Source of the DNA: Tubiluchus corallicola
Taxonomy: Eukaryota > Animalia > Priapulida
DNA: 64,000 nucleotides
Direction of reading: 5' to 3'
Assembly: GCA_030141605.1 (NCBI GenBank)
Contig: JAQGDQ010000275.1
Span: 186,001 to 250,000 of the forward strand
Shown here piece by piece: positions 52,811 through 64,000 of this stretch. Under the pieces are notes generated by a model, which saw only the letters and a program-made list of their open reading frames with translations, was not told where the DNA came from and did no database searches. The position numbers were made by a program, and so were the translations under genes. The stretch's first letter is position 1. Every line of letters begins with the position of its first letter.

Positions 52811-53960
52811 TTTAAAATACAAGAAGATACTCATCATAAAGAAAGCTTAAAAAATCGCCTTGAAATTTTCATATCACTTACATGTTGTCTTATTGCATAG
52901 AAAGCATGTGTTAGCAGCATGTTGTATAAAACTTGGGCTAAAGTTTACAATTCCCATACACAAAAATTAGTTCGTGAAGCGGATTAGGATTAGGGTTAGG
53001 GTGAGGGTTGGGTTTTGGTTAGGACCAGGGTTAGGGTTAAGGTATCTAAATTGTGGGAATTGTAAACTCTTCCAAAACTTGTAGTCCCTCGATGACTGTT
53101 GGGCGTAGCCATTTTAACGGTAACTCGTTTGAGATAAGTTTAGATAACACTGCATGAAGTTTAAAATAATAATAGAGCATTCAAATAATAGCACATTCTT
53201 CGCTAACTAAGCAAAAGTTTAAATTACTTTATATTGTCAGCAAGATCAATAATATGTTTTTTTGCTAAATCAGGTTGTATGCTGGGACTGGGATGGTGAT
53301 ACAGTGACGTTTTATTATGTGGAGCTCAAATTTTTCTTTATTAAGAATTTTCTTTTTCATTTACATCAGTTTTTCAAACACGTAAACGTAATGTTAAGTA
53401 ATAGAATAAAGTATGGAAAATTCCTTGGCATATACTTTAAAAGTCCTTTTTCTTCACCTATAATAATGTTCTTTTTTGTCGCTTTCGTAACATATTAATT
53501 AAGGTAATGTAAGTTAATGTTTGTTCATTAGCATTTATAACAAGGGCAATGTTGAAATATTACAAAAAACACTTTACTTTTGTGTCGAGCCAATAAGTTT
53601 GTTTTAAGAATTTAAGTGTCCTCTTGTCGTTAAACTGTATTTATTTCGAAAATGTTTAGATAACTTTGCGTAAAGTTTGGAAAAATAATCAGAGCATTCA
53701 TCACACATTCTTTGCTGTCTAAGGACAGGATTACCTTATATGGTCAGTAACATCAATAACGTTTTTTGGTGACTCAGTGGTGCACATTGGGAAGGTGAGT
53801 CAGTGGCATTTTAGCAGTAGGCGCGACATTTTAAATTACTAATAATTGTCTTTTCTAGTTACATAAATCTTTTGAGCAATTAAGCGTAATGCTATGTAAT
53901 ATAACTTTATGTGTAAAGTTTTTTGTGACATACTTTATAATCACCTTTTCTTCCTTTTTT
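52811..53960 (+). mobile_element. Kolobok-like family B copies (52811-53463 and partial 53640-53960)
   Basis: Shared family B blocks; the first copy is interrupted by the telomeric-repeat MITE. Confidence 0.7.
52936..53073. mobile_element. 138-bp GG-terminal MITE (Merlin-like) with internal degenerate (TTAGGG)n
   Basis: TIR gg..agtttacaattccca / tgggaattgtaaact..cc; perfect 8-bp TSD AAAACTTG (52928-52935, 53074-53081). Confidence 0.8.
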
Positions 53961-54017
53961 TTAAATTCCAAATTCTCTTTGGATATCATCCAAAGGCACC
54001 AAGATCTAACATTTCGC

Positions 54018-54660
54018 TTAAAGGACAAGAAAAGAGGTGCCTGAAGTAGGTTTCAACAAAATTGCCTTAAAAATTATATTACTTTACAGCAAGTTTAGCA
54101 CATATCGTACTCGCGTTAAAAGGAATTTTTTATTTGTTTTCATTTTAAATCTCCCGCAATACGGTTTCGACGGCGCCATTACATGACGTCACTACGCAAA
54201 CGTAAATCAGGGGAAGAAAAGGCAATGTTAAGTTATGCCCCAAAAAACTTTCCGTATAAAATTATATTACTTAGCATTTCGCTTACCTGCAGAAAAGACT
54301 TATGTAACTAGAAATAATAGCTTAAAATGTTCGTGCCAATTGGTAAAATATCGCTGGCTTACCGTTCAGGGTGCAGCACCACTCACTAACCAATTTTTAA
54401 TCTTATTGACAAGATACGGTAATTTAAACTTTTACTTAGTTATTAACATGTGTGCTACGAATGCTCTGATTATTTTTTTTAAACATTACGCAATGTTATC
54501 TAAATATGTATCAAATCATCGCTGGAGTTTAAACTTACATGTTTTATACAGAGCTACTGCCGTCGCAAGCCCTGCATGCAAAAACGCAGTCAGTAAGTGG
54601 TATAAAATTTCAAGGCGATTTGTTAAGCTTTATGCAAGAAGAGGGTTTTCTTGTGCTTTC
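54018..54660 (-). mobile_element. Extended Kolobok-like family B element (long form), inverted
   Basis: TTAAAGGACAAGAAAA terminus, ~200-bp extension, then reverse-complement family B body. Confidence 0.72.
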
Positions 54661-55396
54661 CACCTGCTACTGTATTCTGTTACAGCAGATCGACGTGTTT
54701 TTGGACTCTCATCTCCAATCCGTTCAGCTGAAATATTGGACTGATAATTGTAGCAGATCGAGGAAGTAACAACGTCGGATTTTCTAGCAATTACGTTTGA
54801 TTTGTGCAAAGCCTTTGATTGCTTTCGGTGAAACAGAAATTATCCGCTGGCAAACCTGAGCGGGTTGAGTAACTCTTGATTACCAATTGAAAACGCAGTG
54901 GACGAAATCTTCGAAAGATTTATTTCATCGACCTTTGTTTATCAACAGAGTGCAACCTGTCTCTCGGGCAAAGATTCGTGGAAATACAAAATGGTGACAG
55001 TTTTGAAGATTCCTTTGGGATGTCAAGTGACAGATTTCACTGTCTATTCCACTCTTGGATAGATGTCTTTTGGTGCAATAAATGATTAGACCTTTTTGTC
55101 CTTAAGGACGTTTCTTCCATTTATTATGGGGAGATGTAACTGACAGACTATGATTGTGCTATAAAGTTTGAAGGTTAATCTGTGTCATGAGTAAGCTTAT
55201 TTCATTGACTAAGCGAGTGGATTGCAGTACCTGATTGTCACAATCACTATTTATGACTTTCTTAAACACTTAGATAACTAATAACATGTTGGTACATGCC
55301 CTGACTTTGGCAGTCATTAGTCTCGAACTCAAAACTGCATAATACTGAACGTGTTTGTAGACGGAAATCTAAAGCATTTGGCCACTGAATCTAGGA

Positions 55397-55604
<208 letters not shown>

Positions 55605-55799
55605 TTAGTTTCTTATGGAGGGAATTGTTTCTTCCGTTTTCGTCTGAATTAACAGCTTTTTTGGCTTTCCTTCTTAATTCCAGATTAAATACTATTAGGC
55701 TGATGGTTTGTCTCTTTGATTTTTTCCCTTTGTTAATAGTGGGGCTTCCCAAGTGTCTAGTAAGTGGCCGCACGACAATGTTTTTAATCTCATCTTGCC

Positions 55800-56438
55800 T
55801 TAAAGCACAAGAAAGCCCTCCACTTACATAAAGTTTTAAAATTCGTCTTTGTATGCAGGGCTTGCATCGACATTAACGCTGTATAAAACCTGTAAATTTA
55901 AACTCCCGTGATGACCTTACCGTTAGGCGCAGCCATTTTAATGGTAGGTTGTTTGAAACATGTTTAAATAACATTGCTTAAAAGTTTGAAAAAATAATCA
56001 GAGCATTCGTAGCACACATGTTAATAAGTAAGTAAAAGTTTAAATTACCGTATCTTGTCAATAAGATTAAAAATATGCTTTTGGCTAGTGAGTGGCGCAC
56101 CCTGGATGATGAGCCAGCGACATTTTACTAATGGGCAAAACATTTGAAATTATAATTTTAAGTTACATAAGTCTTTCCAGTATTTAAGCAAATACTAAGT
56201 AATGTAGATTTGCATGGAAAGTTTCTTGGGACATAATTTAACATTTTCTTCTCTTTCTCTGATTTACGTTTGCCTAAGTGACGTCATGTAATGGCGACTT
56301 CAGAACAGTATTGCGGGAGATTTAAAATGAACACAAAGAAAAATACTTTTCACGTACAATATATGCATAAAATTTGTATAAAGTAATATAATTTTTAAGG
56401 CGATTTTTCTGAAACCTACTCTTTTTCATGTCCTTTAA
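55800..56438 (+). mobile_element. Extended Kolobok-like family B element (long form), full length
   Basis: TIR TTAAAGCACAAGAAA / TTTCATGTCCTTTAA. Confidence 0.82.
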
Positions 56439-56713
56439 TAAAATAATTCAGCTATTGTTGGCACAATTTACTGCCAATTTTTGTAAAAATATTGATTCAC
56501 GCATTAAATTTTTTTCAACTAGTGCAGAAATGTACAATTTTTTTATCCTATTTTTTGAAAATTGCCTTAAGCAAGCCTGTTACCTTCAATATGGTGGACT
56601 ACAGTGTCCAATTTTTACGCTTAATAAAACACAACAAGATCAGTTTTAAACTGGCCAAGCAGAGGTAATTCCTGCCTTAAAGTTACACTAGCTTTTATTA
56701 GTTCAATATTAAT

Positions 56714-56945
56714 TACCGTAAAACGGGGTGAGTTCGCCACTTTTTAGGGGTATTTTTTACGTTTCCTGCCATAGCAAGAGAATTACCCAACCGATTTTCT
56801 TAGTTCAAGCTTTATATTGCCTTTCGAATGAAACACTATCGTGGGGTGAATTCGCCACTAACGATTTAACACTGTTTAATGCCATTCTAGGCAGCTGAAG
56901 TTAACTGGTTGTGGTTGTTTGGTTGGGGGTGAGTTCGCCACCCTA
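56714..56945 (+). mobile_element. Left end of a Tc1/mariner-like element with 3 subterminal ggggtga.ttcgccac repeats
   Basis: TA|CCGTAAAACGGGGTGA start; no matching right TIR found. Confidence 0.5.
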
Positions 56946-57634
56946 TGAAAAATTTGTATTTGTACGATTTAAAGCACAGTGTAATAAAAAAAGTTAGAAA
57001 CTGTATAACAGAAATTTGCTTCATGAACTATATTTCTTGTATGACAATAAAATAACAAGGTGCATGTACATGTAGATCAACACCGATAAAGTCTTAAATG
57101 TCTCCATTTCACCGCCTAGTCGCAAGACAACTGTCGCAAACTGTTTATAATGACGGTGATCATGATATCTGTTCATTAAACAATGAACAATAGTTACAGC
57201 AAACCTACAATGGCCATTACGTCATCCATTACGTCATGGCAAGTGCAGCAACCAGGTATGCGAAATACAGGGCATCAACAATTAGCAAGAAATGGAAATC
57301 CTTTTATGCCATTGAATGTTCATAAAATTTTTATAAAGTAATGTAATTTTTTAAGGCAATTTTTTGAAGCCTACTTCAGGTACCCCTTTTCTTGTCCTTT
57401 AAGTTTTTTTCCATTCTACTCTAACATTTGCTTCTGTGGCCATCAATGCTAAAAGCAAATTAAATACTCGACTTCAGGCAAAAACACAATAAGATGTGAA
57501 AACACACGATGCTTTTACAAATTACATTGCTTTTAACTGCTGTTAGCTATAATTTGGGCTGTAACTGGAAACACATGATTTAAAAGGTTTGCTATTCCAG
57601 TTTTTAAGAAAACAAGCTCAAATTATCGAAAAGA

Positions 57635-58000
57635 CTTCTTTCTCTCTTTCCTTCTTTTTCGTCCTTTCTTCTGTCTCTTCTCTCTTTTTCTTATGTGCAT
57701 TTTTTGTTTATCCACCTGTGTTTCTCTTTTTTATTTCCTCTTTTCTTTTCTTTTGTTTCTTTTGCTTCTTTTCTTTTTCTTTTCTTTTCTTTTCTTTTCT
57801 GTTCTTTTCTTTTTCTCTTTTCTTTTTTTTATTTCTTTTTTGTCTTTTTCTACTTTAATTATATTTTTCCCTTTCCCTTTCCATTTTCTATCCTCTTGTC
57901 TTCTCTAGGCTTCTTTCTCTTTGCCCCCACCTCTGTATTCTTATCTTCTGCTTTCCTCCTCTTCTTCCTTCTTCTACTCTCTATCTGCCTTTTTTTTCTT

Positions 58001-58041
<41 letters not shown>

Positions 58042-58082
58042 CTGTCTGTCTGCCTGTCTTTCTCTCTATATATCTGTCTTTC
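57635..58082. repeat. Long polypyrimidine low-complexity tract ending in (CT)n/(GT)n
   Basis: Direct inspection. Confidence 0.9.
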
Positions 58083-58686
58083 GCAGTTTTGTTCAGTTAT
58101 TCTCATACTGTCTCATTTTGTTTTGTTATGTACATATTATTTTCTGTTTACGAGTCTGACGTTTTATTCCGTCAATTGCGTCAGCAAATCTCATTCCAGT
58201 TCCAGCTCTGAATATTCGACGCCGGCTAATCCAGCTTTGACGACAGCATCATCATTTACAAAGCAACAAATTGTCCATCAAAATAGCAAGCAGCACTGTT
58301 TGACTATGCTAATTTTATCTCTTAGCTTCTGACATTTCTAAAAAGCTGCCTTTATTGGAACTGTCTTAAACCTCGATCAATGCATGACGAAAAGTTCTCT
58401 CATGAAGGATTCAGTTTTAGACCTTCGCGAATTGTCTCTGCTTTTCCTCCAGAGAATTCAAAATCTAAACTGTCATAAATTTCTGTACTTTTAAAACGAT
58501 GTTTCGCAGGTTTTGTTTCTGAATAAGGCGATTGAGACCGAGACTAAGTGCAGGACAATAGGAACAGAATTAGATGTGGTGGCAATTTAGCTCAGACTGA
58601 AAATAATGCTAAGCCGAAACGAACGAAGTTAATTGTACGCTGAAATCATTGTAATTTCTAACTCAGTGGAGACGAGTACTTACAAC

Positions 58687-59800
58687 TTAAGGAAAAACCG
58701 GACCGAATCATAAGCTGTAGGTCAAAACAATCTACTCTATAAAATATTGAAAGGAAACATACAATTTTTCAAAAATGACTTAAGTGAAAGAATTATTACC
58801 ACAAACACAATTTCACTTTCGCGCTACTAGTTCTTCGCTGTTACATGCATTTCGCCATTTGTTAGTTAGATGGGCTCTGGGCACTAGCGCCTGCATTTCG
58901 GAAGCGCGTTGCATAAAAAAACAAATACTGCACCTTTCAGTTTAGAGGTGTTAGTTTGTGACGTACTGCACACGCTCAACAGCTCATGCGTGAGCACAGC
59001 GGTAAATTTTGAAATTGAATTTTTATCTTATAACTTGCCGAGGTTTAGTACAGTACACTGAATCTCTTACTGTAGTTTATACTGTACTTCAATTTTTGCT
59101 ATTGCAAACATGTGCAACACACTCATGGAATGTTTCTGTTATTGAAAATTATGTTCGTGATGTCATCAATAGTTGGGCTCACCCGCCTTTAATTAAGTTT
59201 TTAATCTGTTATTTAATTATCACAATTATGAATGTGCCTAAAAATGGGCTAGTCATTAACTCACCTTCCAGAGTTCGCTACTCATTCGCCTTAAAGCCAA
59301 TTTTTATTCTTATTAACAAGATACAGTAATTTCAAATTTTGCTTTGTTAGTGACGTGTGTGCTACGAATGCTCTGATTGTTTTTTCAAACTTTACTTAGT
59401 GTTATCTGAACTTGTTTTAAATGACCTGTTGTCAAAATCGCTGCGTCTAACGGTCATCGGGGGAGTTTAAATTAACAAGTTTTATACAGCGTGACTGCCG
59501 ATTGAAGTCCTGCGTGCAAAAAGGCAGTACGTAAGTGATCTAAAATTTCAAGACGAATTTTTAAGCTTTATGTTTATGAAGGTTTTTTGTCTTTTAAACT
59601 AAGGGTCATTTCAAATGTTTTATCGTCAAAATGGCTGCGCCTCCTGCGTCATAGAGGTGCTTTATAAATGTTCAAGTTTTATACAGTGATGCTGCTAACG
59701 CAAGTTCTGTATGCAATAACACACCATGTAAGTGGCATAAAATTTCAAGACGACTTTTTTAAGTTTTATGTAAGTGAAGGTTTTTTGTGCTTTAAATTAA
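58687..59800. mobile_element. Family A copy (+, 58687-~59222) abutting inverted family B fragments (~59236-59800)
   Basis: Shared blocks; the family B left arm appears twice (59400-59600 and 59600-59800). Confidence 0.7.
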
Positions 59801-60464
59801 GGATTATAAAACAACTGCTCTCTAAACGCAAAAAAATCAGAAGTAATGAAACAGTGTGAGATTACACAGAAACGTTACAGTAATCATGCACTGTTTCATT
59901 ACTTAATAATCCTTGCAATTTGGAAACGTTTGGAAACTACGGTAAATTCAGCACCCTGTTACACGTGGCTGTCTGGCGTTGCAATTTGTGATTTTAATGA
60001 GATTCACGAAGAATGATTCAAAATAATCGTGTTTACATGTATGAGAAAACAGTCCAACCTTTGGAGTTAAATTAATTTCAAATATACGTGTTCGTGGTAC
60101 AAGGTACTTTGACCTGCGGTCCCCACATTTGTGCCCAGAGTGGAAAACGGTAACGTGATCTCGTTGTTGACCTTTCAATCGATGACGTCATTCTACTAAA
60201 CTCAGCTGTAGTGAAAGGGCTTCCTTCTTTTTATACATTATGCACACACGCGTAACTTTATCAAAGCTTTCTGAACTGAATTATTTCCACTCTCGCGGGA
60301 TCTGTACACAGCAAACCGCCATGCTCACTCATCATGCGCTTTAAAAGCGTTTATTTCATTATTGCTCCACTAATTTGCCTCGCCATTCGATGATGCAAGT
60401 CATGACGTTGGATTAGCGCTGATCTAATTACATTACTAGCGCCTGGGGGAAGCCGGATTTTTTG

Positions 60465-60466
<2 letters not shown>

Positions 60467-60528
<62 letters not shown>

Positions 60529-60786
60529 GGAGAGGAAGAGGGAGAAGAGAGATGGAGAGAGAGAGATTCGTTCATTCAAAATCTTTTCTTTTATTCGTTC
60601 ATTCAAAGTTTTATATTTATAAAATAAAATAAAATATAAGTACAGATACGATATATATATATATATACAACATAATTATATGTTGTATTATATTACGATT
60701 ATATTACGTAATACATATAATAAGGGGAGAAAAAGGAGAGATGGAGAGAGAGAGGGGGAGAGGGGAGAGAGGGGAGGGAGAGAGAG

Positions 60787-60826
<40 letters not shown>

Positions 60827-60840
60827 AGACAGAAAGACAA
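60467..60840. repeat. Two (GA)n tracts
   Basis: 60467-60565 and 60722-60840. Confidence 0.9.
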
Positions 60841-61350
60841 GGATAGTAAAAATCGCGTTTTCTTTTTATATTTGCATACATTGACCTACAATTTATTCAT
60901 GAGTTTTAGCTGGAGCGTGCAGAATTTGCAGCCAGCGCAATTAGCTGCATGCCATGACAAGATGACCTTAATTATTGTCGCAGGCGAACTTCGTCAGTAG
61001 TGATAATATAAAGTATGCCAAGGCTGAAGCGAATATAATTAATTTCGGCAACTGAGTTGCAATGTGACTAGGAATGTCTAACTAATAATCTGTTGCCAAT
61101 TTAGAATTCTAAGACTGGCTTCTAGAATTTCTCGCGAATGTGAACTGCATCTAAAGTTATTGATAGTGCATATGCCAGAAGGATAATGGGACTCATATTT
61201 GATGATGAGGCTATGCTACTGGGAATGCTCTGTTAGATCGTCGAAAGTAGGATAAAGTTAATATGACCAATGCACTTTTCTGGGAATGAAGAATTCAGCA
61301 CTATTATATTGGTTATAACTATCGTTTAGGACATAGCGCAGGGATAGCAC

Positions 61351-61975
61351 CTTAAAGGACAAGAAAATGGGTACCGAAAGTTGATTATAGAAATATCGGT
61401 TTAAGAAATTATATTACTTTATAGCAATTTTATGCGTATACCGTACTCGAGTTGAAAAGATTATTTGTTTGTTTTCATTTTAAATCTCCCACAATACTGT
61501 TCCGACGGCGCCATTACATGACGTCACTTACGCAAATGTAAATCAGGGAAAGAAAAGTACATGTTAAATTATGTCCCAAAAACCTTCCATGCAAATCTAT
61601 ATACTTAGCTTTTCGCTTACCTGCTAGAAAGACTTATGTAACTAGAAAAGAAAATTGTTAATTATTTAAAATGCTTTCACCAATTGGTAAAATGTCGCTG
61701 ACTCACGCTCCAGGGTGCACCACTCACTAACCAAAAACGTATTTTTAATTGACAAAACACATTAATTTTAAATTTTACTTAATCGGTGACACTACAGTGG
61801 AATGTGCGCTACGAATACTCTGATTATTTTTTCAAACTTTACAGAGTGTTATCTAAATTTGTTTCAAATGACCTATCGTCAGAATGGCTGCCTCTAACGG
61901 TCATCGCGGGTGTTTAAATTTACAAGTTTTATACAGCGTTATTGCCGACGCAAGTCTAATATGCAAAAATGTATT
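61351..61975 (-). mobile_element. Extended Kolobok-like family B element (long form), inverted, truncated at the SINE
   Basis: TTAAAGGACAAGAAAA start; collinear with 54018-54660. Confidence 0.75.
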
Positions 61976-61979
61976 ATGT

Positions 61980-62107
61980 ACACGCGAGCTTGGTAGAGGA
62001 ACCAGTGGTACCATTTTTCAAGTTTTTGATAAAACTTAGTCAGTCAGGAGTTGAACCCAGAACCTCGCGGGTGGGAAGCGAGCATGCTACTATTAAGCTA
62101 CGCGGCC
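61980..62107 (-). mobile_element. tRNA-derived SINE 5' portion (tRNA-Gly-like head)
   Basis: Minus strand ggccgcgTAGCTTAATAGtagcatgctcgcttcccacccgcgaggttctgGGTTCAACTCCtgac (A and B boxes), followed by a non-tRNA body aaaacttgaaaaatggtacc. Confidence 0.75.
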
Positions 62108-62160
62108 CAGTGCGATGAACCTAGTTCACATCGGTTGAATCTATAATTTTTTGTAAGCAG

Positions 62161-62553
62161 CAGAGGCGTAGTCAATTTCTAAAGTTAGCGCATAAAAAAG
62201 CGCCGTGACGTTATGAAGCTATTACACATATTTGTCTAATGCACAACAGACAATATCAGACAAGAATACGTTATAATAATTAGATTTGGGGCAATTTGAT
62301 CTCTGGTTCAATCAGTCAACCTTGACAAATGAGTCGCCTAAATGTACACTCTTGTAAAAAACACAGGCGACACGGTTGTGACTCCAGAAAATTCTTCCAA
62401 GGCCATGTCATTAAAAAACAAATAAAAAGATTCTACTTTTATCGTACACATTAACTAAATAATTAGAAAAATTGCTGAAAAGGCACCACTTTTGTAAAAT
62501 GTGCTCGGAGGAGCAGTTGCTCCCCCATACCTCCCCTATTAGCTACGCCACTG
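62161..62553. mobile_element. hAT-type MITE with perfect 8-bp TSD
   Basis: TIR CAGAGGCGTAG / CTACGCCACTG; TSD GTAAGCAG at 62153-62160 and 62554-62561. Confidence 0.9.
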
Positions 62554-62619
62554 GTAAGCAGGTCTTTTTTTAAAACAAATTTAGAAGTCTATTATTGTCG
62601 CAACGAAAAAGTTTAAAGG

Positions 62620-62815
62620 AAACTGCTCCAATTTTTCGTTTCTTTAAAAGACATGACCTTGTTTTTTCGCTTCTTAATAAGGAGTGGTCCCGCTTTTGCT
62701 TTTTATAAAAAGTGTTCCATTATTTCGTTTCCCAACAAGATTCCTCTTGTTTTTTCGCTTTATTTGGAAAAATGTGCTCCCATTTTTGTTTCTTTATAAG
62801 AATGGTCCCATTTTA
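62620..62815. repeat. Degenerate ~30-bp minisatellite
   Basis: tg.tcc...ttttcg.ttcttta.aa units repeated about 6 times. Confidence 0.6.
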
Positions 62816-62817
62816 CA

Positions 62818-62875
62818 AGGTTACCTAAGATCACAAGCACATCACTTAAGAATTGAGACCGGTAGATGGGCTGGC
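62818..62875 (+). mobile_element. Tiny LINE ORF2 C-terminal fragment
   Basis: Translates LRSQAHHLRIETGRW, matching the RxxxHxLxIETGR motif of L2/Daphne/Crack-like LINEs. Confidence 0.55.
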
Positions 62876-63579
62876 GAAGAAACCAAAGACCATGCACATG
62901 AGAAGAGACACAAACAGAAAACATGTGAAATTAGAAGAAAATATCCTAGAGTGAACTTTTCTGCACTGTCTAATATTAAGCAGAGCAACCGTGCATTTGA
63001 AATTTGCTCTCAAGTGTTACAAACTTTTCAAAACTAACAGTGGTTTTATTAATATTTACTATTCGCTTAAAATATCAAACTAAAATGTGTAACCACTTTT
63101 TCACCGGTATAAAGTTGGTACAACTATTTTATTTTATATACTAATAATGTTGCGGGGTTGAGCTTCGCTCTGTTTTGCGTTCAAACTTTTTCACTCACTC
63201 AAAGACACAGATATACGGGCTGTATGTTATTTGTTAGTCTTGTTAAAGTAAAATACCTCTATAAATTTTAAATGTACTAGTCTTACCTGAATGGAATTCA
63301 TAAACCCCGCTTCCGTTTGGCTCTAAAGTCGAATACTCACCTGTTTTCATCTGCAAGTCTATAAATACAAGTGCCGCGTCCTGTTTCTTTGAGTTCGGTG
63401 GCTGTTGGTGTTTGTAACGCTAAACAGGACAAGCCAGCACCCTTCCTCCCTGGCCTTCCAACAGTTTCAGCGTAATGTGAAGGTGTGGTGGGCTCTCAAG
63501 GGTAGATTGGTTTTCTGTGTTTTTCATGTTTAGCCAGCTGTATGTTTCGGTTATGAGAAGCGAACTTTGTCTAACAGTA

Positions 63580-63888
63580 AGAAAGACAAGATGATTTTTC
63601 ATACACTACCCCATTCTCAAATTCGATAAAAAGTATACATTTAACATCAGTAATACTGCAAAAGCGTTTCTGGTAATTAAATAATTGATTAAAAACTTAA
63701 TTAACGGCGGGCGAGCCCAACTATCGATGACGTCACAAACGAACATAATTTTCAACAGTAAAAATATTCCACGAGCGCGTTGCACGTGTTTGCGAAAGCG
63801 AAAATTGAAGTACAGTGTGCAGTGTATGCAGTGTGTTGTACTAAAACTAGGCAAGCTTCAAGATAAAAATTTCATATTTGCCACTGTT
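63580..63888 (-). mobile_element. Kolobok-like MITE family A, inverted partial copy
   Basis: Collinear with 42390-42700. Confidence 0.72.
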
Positions 63889-64000
63889 ATCTAGTTTTTA
63901 GAAAGTTAGTAAGTTAGCTAAATTCTTTTGGTCGGGCCTTATACCGCTCTTTTTAAGCTGGTGAATGTCTCCCAGTTGCTTGCTTTGTTAGTTCTGTTTT

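Noticed and set aside
62040-62107. Functional tRNA-Gly gene
   Set aside because: Acceptor stem pairs poorly, the anticodon arm is irregular, and a SINE-like body follows.
63341-63570. In-frame TGA as selenocysteine
   Set aside because: No redox motif, no selenoprotein similarity and no SECIS identified; single stops are expected by chance.

Overview
AT-rich animal (probably invertebrate) genomic DNA, not prokaryotic; most ORF-track entries are spurious or microsatellite-derived. The left 27 kb holds two divergently oriented housekeeping genes. One is a complete 9-coding-exon EIPR1/TSSC1 (WD40, 384 aa, minus strand, 4666-15405); the other is DUS3L (tRNA-dihydrouridine synthase 3, ~667 aa, plus strand, 22484-26218), almost all of it in one 1.84-kb exon. 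The 7 kb between them is largely transposon debris (CRE-like, CR1-like and L2-like LINE fragments). It also contains a 365-bp solo LTR with a perfect 5-bp TSD, heat-shock elements, a CRE site and a TATA box, pointing into EIPR1. The right ~37 kb has no confidently identifiable coding exon. It is rich in microsatellites and non-autonomous DNA transposons: over 20 TTAA-flanked Kolobok-like copies across the window, plus hAT, pogo/Tigger-like, a GG-terminal MITE carrying TTAGGG repeats, and a tRNA-derived SINE. Coordinates were counted by hand; TE boundaries without a TSD are approximate.
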